This document shows, piece by piece, positions 18,334 through 27,223 of a stretch of DNA of 49,962 nucleotides. The DNA is taken from assembly GCA_018304635.1 (NCBI GenBank), contig JAGVVW010000003.1, positions 1 to 49,962 of the forward strand. Direction: 5' to 3'. This DNA comes from Candidatus Aenigmatarchaeota archaeon. GTDB taxonomy: Archaea; Aenigmatarchaeota; Aenigmatarchaeia; GW2011-AR5; JACRMX01. Position 1 is the first letter of the stretch. Each line of letters opens with the position of its first letter. A program made the position numbers and the translations under genes. Under the pieces are notes generated by a model. That model saw only the letters and a list, made by a program, of their open reading frames with translations. It had not been told where the DNA came from and did no database searches.

Positions 18334-19848
18334 ATGGTAAAAAAGAATATAGAACTGCTGCCAGAAAGACTAAAAATGGAGCCATGTCCTATCGGAAAAA
18401 ATGGATTTTGCTGCAAAACATGTTTAATGGGACCATGCAGAATTATGAGTCATAATCAAAAAGGTGTATGCGGCGCATCACAGGATCTGGTTGCAGCACG
18501 TAACATTCTAAGATTTACTGCTGGCGGAACAGCTGCGCATTGCGGTCATAGTTATCATTTACTAAAATATCTTGGGAAAAAATACTCTAAGAATTATATA
18601 AAACACAAAGCTCCTCCATATCTTTACAAGCTTTGGAAAGAGCTTGATATTGTTCCGGAAATAACACTTGAGCATTTCAAAGATATATCCGAAGCAATGC
18701 ATGTTTCAACAATGGGTGTTAATGCAGATTATCAGGATGTTCTCAAGTGGTGCATGAGACTCGGTATAATAGACGGTTATTATGGTTTATATCTTGCGAC
18801 AGAACTGGAAGATAAAAAGTTCGGAAAACCGAAAATCAGGAAAGGTGAAATGGACCTTTCGTGTATTGATCCAAAAAAAATTAATATAGCTGTTCACGGA
18901 CATGAGCCAATGCTTGCTGAGGCGCTTGTGATTGAGGTGAAAAAACATAATAATATTAATTTAGTTGGAGTTTGCTGCACTGGTGCTGCGCTTCTTAGCC
19001 GTCATGGTATACCAATTGCAGCACATTTTGTATTACAGGAAAATGTTATTACTACAGGCATAATAGATGCAATGGTAGTTGATACCCAGTGTATTATGCC
19101 ATCACTCTCAGACTTATGTGATTGTTATCATACAAAGCTTATCACTACCAATGAGATCGCAAGAATACCCAATGCATTGCATATGCCAGTAACAAACCTG
19201 CACAGTGCACGGGTTGCTGCCAGGAATATTATCAAGGAGGCTGTGGCTAATAAAAATCATAGAGGAAAGAATATAAATATTCAGAGTGAAAGAAAGCGTG
19301 TTGTAATAGGTTTTACTGAAGATAATATCGATACAAACAAGCTTGCAGACATGATACAGTCCAAAAATATAAAAGGTATTATAGCTGTGATAGGATGCGT
19401 AAATCCAAGAGTTGATTGTGATGCATGGATAAAAACATTTGAGCGCCTGAGTAAAGATTATATCATTTTTACAACGGGGTGTGTGGCATTTGAATTTGGC
19501 AGTCGTGGTTTACTGGATGGTGAACGATTTTTTCATTTAGGATCATGTGTCAACAACGCACGAATCGCAGAGATATTCAAGCGCATTGCTGATAAATTTA
19601 ACAAGAAAATCACTGATATGCTGTTTCTGGTTTCGTGTCCTATGCCTATGAGCGAGAAATCGATCGCCATAGGATTTTTCTTCGCAAGCCTTGGAGTTGA
19701 TGTACATTATGGCTATCCGTTTCTTATAAGCTCGGATACACACGTATCTGGTTTTTTGGAAAATGTACTAAAGAATAAATTCAAAAGCAGGGTGTTTATG
19801 GATGTTGACCCGGAATCATTTTATAGAAAAATTGCTTTCGTTATTTAA
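18334..19848 (+). CDS. CooS-like carbon monoxide dehydrogenase / prismane family, compact
   Basis: CCKTCLMGPC..GVCG, HGHEP, VCCTG, DTQCIMP, GCVN, TGC, GSCVNN, SEK motifs. Confidence 0.85.
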   Translation: MVKKNIELLPERLKMEPCPIGKNGFCCKTCLMGPCRIMSHNQKGVCGASQDLVAARNILRFTAGGTAAHCGHSYHLLKYLGKKYSKNYIKHKAPPYLYKLWKELDIVPEITLEHFKDISEAMHVSTMGVNADYQDVLKWCMRLGIIDGYYGLYLATELEDKKFGKPKIRKGEMDLSCIDPKKINIAVHGHEPMLAEALVIEVKKHNNINLVGVCCTGAALLSRHGIPIAAHFVLQENVITTGIIDAMVVDTQCIMPSLSDLCDCYHTKLITTNEIARIPNALHMPVTNLHSARVAARNIIKEAVANKNHRGKNINIQSERKRVVIGFTEDNIDTNKLADMIQSKNIKGIIAVIGCVNPRVDCDAWIKTFERLSKDYIIFTTGCVAFEFGSRGLLDGERFFHLGSCVNNARIAEIFKRIADKFNKKITDMLFLVSCPMPMSEKSIAIGFFFASLGVDVHYGYPFLISSDTHVSGFLENVLKNKFKSRVFMDVDPESFYRKIAFVI

Positions 19849-19898
19849 ATCTTCAGCACATTATTTTATCACAGTAATCCATAGTTATGGTGATTCGT

Positions 19899-21293
19899 AT
19901 GAAAGAAAAACTTCAGAAAATAAATAATTATGAATGGATCATTCCGAAATCAGCGCGAACAGGAATGAATGCTGATGCCAAAATTATAGCTTCTGAAACA
20001 ATGCTGAAATCTATTGAAGATGAAGCTGTGCAGCAGCTGACAAATGTAGCTATGCTGCCGGGTGTTATTAATCCTGTTGTCGGTTTGCCTGACATGCACT
20101 GGGGTTATGGCCTGCCAATGGGTGCTGTTGGTGCATTTGATGCTGAAAAAGGAATAATATCGTCTGGTTTGTGCGGTTTTGACATCAACTGCGGCATTAA
20201 TCTTATACGGACAAACCTCACTGTTAAAGATATTGAACAGAAAAAAAAGGAACTGATAGATGCATTGTACAATAAGGTTCCTGTTGGAGTCGGAAGCAAG
20301 GGGAAATTGAGATTATCTTCTTCAGAATTAGATGAAGTTTTAATAAAAGGTTCTGCATGGGCTGTTAAAAATGGTTATGGTACTGCTGAAGACCTGAAAG
20401 CTACAGAAGAAGGTGGCTATATGGAAGGTGCTGACCCTTCCAAAGTTTCAGATACAGCAAAACAGAGAGGGGTTCCACAACTTGGAACATTAGGTGCTGG
20501 AAATCATTTTTTAGAGGTTCAGGGTGTTACTGATATATTTGATGCAAGTTGGGGTGTTGAAAAAAAAGACCAGATTATGATAATGATTCACTGCGGCTCC
20601 CGCGGTCTGGGCCATCAGGTTGCCACGGATTATCTGAAAATTCAGGAACAGGCTGTCAGAAAATATAACATCAAAATACCCGACAGACAATTAGCATGTG
20701 CACCTGCAACATCAAAAGAAGGACAGGATTTCTTTGCTGCAATGAAATGTGCTGTAAATTATTCTTTTGCGAACCGCCAGGTTATGACACATTGGGTAAG
20801 AGAGGTTTTTGAAAATGTTTTTAAGAAAACATGGAAGGATATGAATATGCACACTGTTTATGGTATATGCCATAATATTGTAAAATTAGAAGAGCATACA
20901 ATTAACGGAGAAAAAAAGAAAGTTTATGTTCATAGGAAAGGAGCTACAAGAAGTTTTCCTGATTTGCCTGTATTAATAGCAGGTTCAATGGGTACATCTT
21001 CGTATTTATTGAAAGGAACTGAAAAAGCTCTTCAACTCTCTTTTGGTAGCTCAGCGCACGGAGCTGGAAGAACAATGTCCCGTGAGCGTGCGATCAAAGA
21101 GCACAAAGGCGAGCATGTCCAAAGAGATCTTGCACAAAAAGGAATATTAGCAAAAGCACCTAAATTTATAAGCCTGGCAGAAGAAGCACCAAGAGCATAC
21201 AAAGACATAGAAACTGTTATTGAAACTGTGCATAATTCAGGAATTTCAACAAAGGTTGCGAGAATGAGGCCACTTGGTGTTATTAAGGGATAG
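19899..21293 (+). CDS. rtcB: RNA-splicing ligase RtcB
   Basis: PDMHWGYG, DINCG, GNHF, HCGSRG, HRKGAT, HGAGR, EEAP.AYK. Confidence 0.97.
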   Translation: MKEKLQKINNYEWIIPKSARTGMNADAKIIASETMLKSIEDEAVQQLTNVAMLPGVINPVVGLPDMHWGYGLPMGAVGAFDAEKGIISSGLCGFDINCGINLIRTNLTVKDIEQKKKELIDALYNKVPVGVGSKGKLRLSSSELDEVLIKGSAWAVKNGYGTAEDLKATEEGGYMEGADPSKVSDTAKQRGVPQLGTLGAGNHFLEVQGVTDIFDASWGVEKKDQIMIMIHCGSRGLGHQVATDYLKIQEQAVRKYNIKIPDRQLACAPATSKEGQDFFAAMKCAVNYSFANRQVMTHWVREVFENVFKKTWKDMNMHTVYGICHNIVKLEEHTINGEKKKVYVHRKGATRSFPDLPVLIAGSMGTSSYLLKGTEKALQLSFGSSAHGAGRTMSRERAIKEHKGEHVQRDLAQKGILAKAPKFISLAEEAPRAYKDIETVIETVHNSGISTKVARMRPLGVIKG

Positions 21294-21725
21294 ACAGGGA
21301 ATAAAACTAAATGGGAATATGTGGGAAATAAGTGGAGATCGTCGGGTGTTATTAAAGGAATAAATAATTTTGTGCTGTAAATAATTAAGGTGATGCATAT
21401 GAGTATTTTTGATGAGTTTAGAGAAGGAGCAGAACAAAATAATACAGATTCAGGATTTGGAAAATGAACATCCGGAAGCTGCTACAATCATAGCCAATAA
21501 AATTAGATCGGGTTATGGTGAATTGATTAGATATCTAAAAGGTGCTGGCTATATGTGAAAATAAGTCTTGTGGATTTTTTCATCTTTTTTATTCATTGAA
21601 AATAGGGTAATATGCGAATCGAAGATTTGCCAAAGTCTATAAAAAAGAATAATATGCTATGAAATCGCTATATGTTTTTTCTTTTGGCAACTTACATTTT
21701 CTTTTTTACAAAAAATAAAAGGCAG

Positions 21726-23132
21726 CTAGCGCCAGAAAGGACGTGGTGTTGCTATTCCTAAAACATCAGCACCCAGATTAGAACTTATCTGCCCGGCATA
21801 TTCAAATGTTCCATTACCTAAACCACGAGCCCAATATGCACTGTTTCTGTTATATGTTACATAAACCATGTCAAGCTTTCCATCCATATTAAAATCAAAA
21901 ACATCAAGTGCATTCACCCTACTCAGACTGCTATCTGAATAAACAATCACAGGCTGGTCAAAATCATTGTCTGTATTCTTAAAAAACAATATCTGCGGAT
22001 TATCAGTATTGGAAGGGTTTGTGATTATATCAAAAAACCCGTCATTGTTGAAATCTCCCGTAGCAACACCATATGATTCTGCACTTGAAACAGCAATTAT
22101 ATGGCCGCTGTTATCAAAGTTTCCATGACAATCTCCTTCAAACCATCCGATTCTGCCATCATTGTAAGCATCAGCTACAATATCTTTGCAGCCATCATTA
22201 TTAAAATCAGCTGCATCTTTACCCATTCCAGTAACACCACCTGCAGGAGAAAATATCTTTTGTTCGAATGTCCTGTTCTTATTGTTCAGAAATACATTAT
22301 AAATATTATTGTTTCCGGAAACAACAAAATCCATATATCCGTTATTGTCAAAATCAGCTGTTGCCATATCCATTATTCTCGGAAGAATTGTCTTTCCCGG
22401 AACTGATGGAACAGAAACATCTATGTTTCCTATTAAAACACCGGGTTCATACGGTATTCCGTTGCTGTAAAATATATAAATTTTTCCAATACCATCTTGT
22501 ATATCTCCTCCGACAAAATCATTGTCCCCATCATTATCAAAATCAGCCATTGAGTTTCCCCATGAACCTGTTCCGGATTTATCTTCAACAAATATTGGCG
22601 AACCAAATGTTCCATTGGCAAGCTCAATAACATACCATTTGGCAAGCCTGTCAGATGTTACAACAAAAAACCTTTCTTTTTTGTAAATACTGGCAGACCC
22701 GCTGATACTTGGGTCTGAAGCACTGAAAACACGCAATCCACCGGGAGTGCTGACTGATACTTCATTTACAAAACGTATTCCTCCATATGGATTATTCATG
22801 GATATTGGAGCACTAAATCCTCCAACACCCGGTGATAGTGTCAGATTAAAGCCGTTCGTTTCATTAGTGAAAGAAATGAGTTTATTATCCAGATAAAAAT
22901 AGATATCTGTCAGGTTCGTTGAACCACAATTACGGAGATAAATTTTATTTCCATTCATGCCTTCAATCCTGACACATTCTGTGATTTTCTCAATTTCTGA
23001 AACCATAGCTGTTTTGGATTTTGTTCCAAGTATATCCATTACATCAGTCATAAACCTGAATGATAATGCTGCCAGAACGCAAACTAAAACTATGATAAGT
23101 ATAAGTGATATCACAGGAGTAATGCCTTTCAT
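21726..23132 (-). CDS. type IV pilin-like N-terminus fused to FG-GAP/VCBS repeat domain (putative adhesin)
   Basis: class III signal peptide MKG|ITPVISLILII; five DF(D/N)xxGxxD-type repeats. Confidence 0.82.
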   Translation of the reverse strand: MKGITPVISLILIIVLVCVLAALSFRFMTDVMDILGTKSKTAMVSEIEKITECVRIEGMNGNKIYLRNCGSTNLTDIYFYLDNKLISFTNETNGFNLTLSPGVGGFSAPISMNNPYGGIRFVNEVSVSTPGGLRVFSASDPSISGSASIYKKERFFVVTSDRLAKWYVIELANGTFGSPIFVEDKSGTGSWGNSMADFDNDGDNDFVGGDIQDGIGKIYIFYSNGIPYEPGVLIGNIDVSVPSVPGKTILPRIMDMATADFDNNGYMDFVVSGNNNIYNVFLNNKNRTFEQKIFSPAGGVTGMGKDAADFNNDGCKDIVADAYNDGRIGWFEGDCHGNFDNSGHIIAVSSAESYGVATGDFNNDGFFDIITNPSNTDNPQILFFKNTDNDFDQPVIVYSDSSLSRVNALDVFDFNMDGKLDMVYVTYNRNSAYWARGLGNGTFEYAGQISSNLGADVLGIATPRPFWR

Positions 23133-23220
23133 GATAAATATATCGCCGGTGGGGGTATATAATATATTTTTCGTCAACATTTTTGCATAGTTATTGATTT
23201 CAAATCTTGCAAAAAGGTTG

Positions 23221-23412
23221 TTTGGCAGCTTTAAATTTTAATTTTTTCGAAATCTCTGACAAGATTTCGAGATTTCGGAAATTTAGAAATTTATCAAAAA
23301 TTTCCAAAACTCCAAAAAGGATTACACTTTTTTTCTTTTAATTTCGGCAATTTCATTGCATATATGATAATATTTTTCCGTTAACGCTTTTTGGTAGCTT
23401 TAAATTTTAATT
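23221..23412. repeat. 23-bp direct repeat flanking palindrome-rich DNA
   Basis: TTTGG(C/T)AGCTTTAAATTTTAATT at 23221 and 23390; CGAAATCTC/GAGATTTCG stem between them. Confidence 0.6.
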
Positions 23413-23428
23413 CTCCAAAAAGGGTTAT

Positions 23429-24652
23429 ATGGAGCTCACAGAAAAACTCGAGAAATTAATGGAATACCCCATATGCGATCACTGTCTCGGTCGCCAGTTT
23501 GGTCAGCTGCTTCATGGCTATACAAATAAAGAAAGGGGGAAAATACTAAGAGCAGTAGCTGCAATGATTCTGGATACAGGTGAAAAGGAATTGAAAATGT
23601 ATAATTTTCCTGATTTCAAATTCCACCACCAGGAACTAAGCCAAAACACAGAAAAATCAGACACGCAAGAAAAATGCAGTGTATGTGATGACATATTTGA
23701 TAATCTCAGCATTTGGATAGATAAAATTAAAAAAATTGATCTTGAATACAAAACATTCCTGATCGGCACAAAACTTTCTTTTGATCTGATTCGAAAAGAA
23801 GAAAATACATGGGATCGTGTTGGAATTGACTGGTGTGAACCACTCAAGGCAGAAATAAACCGTGAGGTAGGAAAGCTGGTTGAGAAAACAACAGGCAAGA
23901 AATTCGAACTCAAAAATCCCGATATTAATTTCATTCTTGATATGAAAAATAACAAGCTGGAAGTTATAATAAATCCGCTTTTCATTTACGGCGAATATCA
24001 GAAACTGAAGCGTGGAATTCCCCAGACAAAATGGCCTGAAAACAGGGATGGGATTAAGCTCTATAAAACCAGTGTTGAAGAAATTATTGCAAAGCCTATA
24101 ATGAAATTTACAAAAGGAAAAGGCCATAAATTCCACGGTCTCGGCAGAGAAGATATTGATGCCCGGTGCTTTGGATGGCGGCCTTTTGTTCTTGAAATCC
24201 TTGAGCCGAAAAAAAGACTCATTAATTTAAAAAACGTCAAAATCCCAAAATCTGTACATGTAAGAAATATGAGGTTCAGTGATACAAATGAAGTTACCCG
24301 GATAAAAGAAAAGCGTTCAGAAAAAACATATGAAGCTGAAGTTATACTTGACAAGCCAATTGAAAAAAAGGATCTGGAAAAGCTTAAGCTTCTAATCGGT
24401 GAAATTTATCAGCGCACACCAAATCGGGTGCTTCATCGACGCGGTGATCTGAAAAGAAAGAGAAAACTCATTTCCCTGAAAACCATATTTATCAACAGCA
24501 AAAAATTCAGGTTTATTGTGCGCGGCGAAGCCGGGCTTTATATCAAGGAACTGATAAATGGCGATAATGGAAGAACAAGGCCGAGTGTTTCGGAAATCTT
24601 AAACAGGAAAGCAATATGTAAAAATCTGGATGTCGTCGGGATACATGTGTAA
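23429..24652 (+). CDS. pus10: tRNA pseudouridine(54/55) synthase Pus10
   Basis: CDHCLGRQF, YQKLKRGIPQTKW, GREDIDAR, QRTPNRV, GLYIKELI. Confidence 0.95.
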   Translation: MELTEKLEKLMEYPICDHCLGRQFGQLLHGYTNKERGKILRAVAAMILDTGEKELKMYNFPDFKFHHQELSQNTEKSDTQEKCSVCDDIFDNLSIWIDKIKKIDLEYKTFLIGTKLSFDLIRKEENTWDRVGIDWCEPLKAEINREVGKLVEKTTGKKFELKNPDINFILDMKNNKLEVIINPLFIYGEYQKLKRGIPQTKWPENRDGIKLYKTSVEEIIAKPIMKFTKGKGHKFHGLGREDIDARCFGWRPFVLEILEPKKRLINLKNVKIPKSVHVRNMRFSDTNEVTRIKEKRSEKTYEAEVILDKPIEKKDLEKLKLLIGEIYQRTPNRVLHRRGDLKRKRKLISLKTIFINSKKFRFIVRGEAGLYIKELINGDNGRTRPSVSEILNRKAICKNLDVVGIHV

Positions 24653-24692
24653 AAAAATGTTTTGAAATCTTTATTAATAATATACTTAACTA

Positions 24693-24915
24693 ATGAAAAA
24701 GAGGATAACACCCGTAATCGCAATAATACTGCTTCTTGTGATTACAGGAATTTTCCAAAACAGGTGTTGTTTCAAATGAAGATGGCTCATTGATAGGTCG
24801 TGATAGAACATTGGGATCATATAGATTCAAGGGAATTATAGATGAAGTTGCTATATATAATCGGGATCTGCAATCAGATGAAATAACAAATCACTATAAT
24901 ATAAATAAATGTTAA
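24693..24915 (+). pseudogene. internally deleted pilin-LamG (ConA-like) gene remnant
   Basis: MKKRITPVIAIILLLVITG joined out of frame to FKGIIDEVAIYNRDLQSDEI (LamG C-terminal motif). Confidence 0.7.
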
Positions 24916-24949
24916 TTTTATGATGAGATAATTATAAATATTGAAGCTG

Positions 24950-25207
24950 TCACTTCTCTTCCTTTCTCAGCCCGTAAACAAATAATTTTATCAGTACAAA
25001 CCCAATAATGGTGCCGAACAAAGTGAAAATATAATACGGTGCACGCGAAGTAAAGATAAATTTCAGATGAATCGGCCACGTATAGAAACTCTGATGTATG
25101 TCAAAAAAGAACACTATAAAAAATGATAAAACAAGGGAGATAAAAATAAAAATAACATCTGCTGCAAGCTCGTCTTTCGTAATACGAGACTTTCTCATAT
25201 GTTTCAT
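24950..25207 (-). CDS. small 2-TM membrane protein
   Basis: two hydrophobic helices around FDIHQSFY. Confidence 0.7.
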   Translation of the reverse strand: MKHMRKSRITKDELAADVIFIFISLVLSFFIVFFFDIHQSFYTWPIHLKFIFTSRAPYYIFTLFGTIIGFVLIKLFVYGLRKEEK

Positions 25208-25251
25208 ATTTTCAATTTAATTTTGCTGAATATAAAACTTTTGCAAAAGGG

Positions 25252-25407
25252 CTACTTTGAGGAAAGCTTTTTCTCTTTTACATATTTCCACAAAAGTTTT
25301 GTCATCTGACTTGGTGGAATTGGCTTACTCCCGAAAACCTGTTCCACTGTTTCTTTTCTTCCTGCAAAATTTATTGTATAACCGCCAAAAGCTGGTTTAC
25401 CTGCCAT
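25252..25407 (-). CDS. 51-aa SWIB/MDM2-like micro-protein (not in ORF track)
   Basis: MAGKPAFGGYTINFAGRKETVEQVFGSKPIPPSQMTKLLWKYVKEKKLSSK; GGAGGTG SD. Confidence 0.7.
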   Translation of the reverse strand: MAGKPAFGGYTINFAGRKETVEQVFGSKPIPPSQMTKLLWKYVKEKKLSSK

Positions 25408-25538
25408 ATATACACCTCCATATGATATTTAGCATAATTATTAGTTGATATTGCCTATTTAAAGAAGAGGTGTTTTTTGGTTGCTTTTAAATATATTAAA
25501 GTTTTAAATTACATATCACATCAATATTTGTGGTTTAT

Positions 25539-25790
25539 ATGGAACGAAAAACAATAATACTTTTTTCAGTAATAGGCGCCTTGATAGGTTACATCAGCGC
25601 TTTGATAAATAATCCGCCTATTTCTGCATTGTTAGCAATTATAATAGTTGTAGTTTTATATATAGGTATAAAAAGTATCATGAAAATAAAACAAGATTGG
25701 AAATGGTGGATTGGAAACGGAATATTCACATATTTCGTGGTATGGTTCGTTGTCTGGACTATATTTTATAACTTGCGTCTTTTCGGGTGA
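25539..25790 (+). CDS. EMC6-like small membrane protein
   Basis: 3 TM helices; WWIGNGIFTYFVVWFVVWTIFYN C-terminus. Confidence 0.65.
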   Translation: MERKTIILFSVIGALIGYISALINNPPISALLAIIIVVVLYIGIKSIMKIKQDWKWWIGNGIFTYFVVWFVVWTIFYNLRLFG

Positions 25791-25794
25791 TTGA

Positions 25795-27087
25795 ATGCTG
25801 AAAAGCCACAGCACTAATGAAATAAAGCCCGGTGAAAACACCAAGCTGGCTGGCTGGGTTGAAGATGTGCGCGATTTAGGGAAGATCGCATTCATAATAT
25901 TGCGAGATTCATACGGTAGCAGTCAGATCCTGCTGAAAAAAGACAATAAACTTATTGAAAAAGCCCGCGAGCTTCGAAGGGGTTTTGTTATAACTGTTTC
26001 TGGCATTGCGGTGGAAAACAAACAAGCACCTAATGGCATTGAAATAATGCCTGATAAAATTGAAATATTATCACGTGCGGAACCTTTGCCAATTGATGCT
26101 TCACCAAAAGTCAAAACAAGCCTTGACAAAAGACTGGATTTTCGGCCAGTTGATTTAAGAACGCCAAAAAATGCGGCAATATTTAAAATTCAATCTGAGT
26201 TGTTGCGTGGATTTCAGAAGTATCTTGATAAAAACAATTTTGTTCAGGTATTTACTCCATCTATAATGGGTGTTGCTTCTGAAAGCGGTTCAGATGTTTT
26301 TCCAATTGTTTACTATGACAAGGAAGCATTTTTGCGACAGGACCCACAACTACACAGGCAACTAACAATTCTTGGTGGATTTGAAAAAATATATGATATT
26401 GGCCCTTCATGGCGTGCTGAACCATCACATACAGTACGACATCTTTGTGAGCATAGAGTTTGTGCAGCTGAAATAGCTTTTATTGAAGATGAAACAGACA
26501 TTATAAAATTAGAGGAGCAAATGGTAATTTCAATGATGAAACATATAAACAAAGAATGCAAAAAAGAACTGGATATTTTCAATATTAAGATCAATATTCC
26601 TGATAAGTTTCCTGTTCTGGAATTCCCGAAAATTTATGATATTCTGAAAAAAATGGGCAAGCCTGTACAATTCGGTGAAGAATGCGACACAGAAGCTGAA
26701 AAGCTTTTGACTGAATATACGAAAAAGAAATATAATAGTGACTTTTTTTTCATAAACAGGTTTCCTTTTGGTGTCAAGCCATTCTATGTTATGCGATTTG
26801 ACAATGATCCGATATGGGCACGAAGCACTGACCTGATATACAAAGGAACTGAAATGAGTTCAGGCGGCCAGAGGGAGCACAGGCATGACAAGCTTATCGC
26901 ACAGGCAAAAGAAAAAAACATGAGCCAATCAAGCGTGGAGTGGTTCACTAAATTCTTCAGATACGGAGCACCGCCTCATGGAGGATTTGCAATTGGTATC
27001 GAGCGGTTGACAATGAAAATACTCGAACTGGAAAATATCAGGGAAGCAGTATTGTTCCCGAGGGATGTGGAAAGAATTGTGCCGTAA
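25795..27087 (+). CDS. aspS: aspartate--tRNA ligase, archaeal type
   Basis: OB-fold GWV..VRDLG, WRAEPS, SGGQREH, GAPPHGGFAIGIER, LFPRD. Confidence 0.95.
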   Translation: MLKSHSTNEIKPGENTKLAGWVEDVRDLGKIAFIILRDSYGSSQILLKKDNKLIEKARELRRGFVITVSGIAVENKQAPNGIEIMPDKIEILSRAEPLPIDASPKVKTSLDKRLDFRPVDLRTPKNAAIFKIQSELLRGFQKYLDKNNFVQVFTPSIMGVASESGSDVFPIVYYDKEAFLRQDPQLHRQLTILGGFEKIYDIGPSWRAEPSHTVRHLCEHRVCAAEIAFIEDETDIIKLEEQMVISMMKHINKECKKELDIFNIKINIPDKFPVLEFPKIYDILKKMGKPVQFGEECDTEAEKLLTEYTKKKYNSDFFFINRFPFGVKPFYVMRFDNDPIWARSTDLIYKGTEMSSGGQREHRHDKLIAQAKEKNMSQSSVEWFTKFFRYGAPPHGGFAIGIERLTMKILELENIREAVLFPRDVERIVP

Positions 27088-27223
27088 AGCCCTTTTCTTT
27101 TTTAGAAGGTGTCGGAAAAAAGTTACATGATATTTTGCTGTTGGCGAGCCTCCTGAATTTACAAATTGTATAAAAAAGCAGGCAGGGTATCATCATTTTG
27201 GAAATTTCCGATAAATTTCCAAA

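Noticed and set aside
21399-21558. SD-preceded short ORF with apparent frameshift
   Set aside because: Too short and without motifs to support a call.
23518-24354. antisense ORFs over pus10 (and similar shadow ORFs elsewhere)
   Set aside because: They lie opposite well-supported genes and lack motifs.
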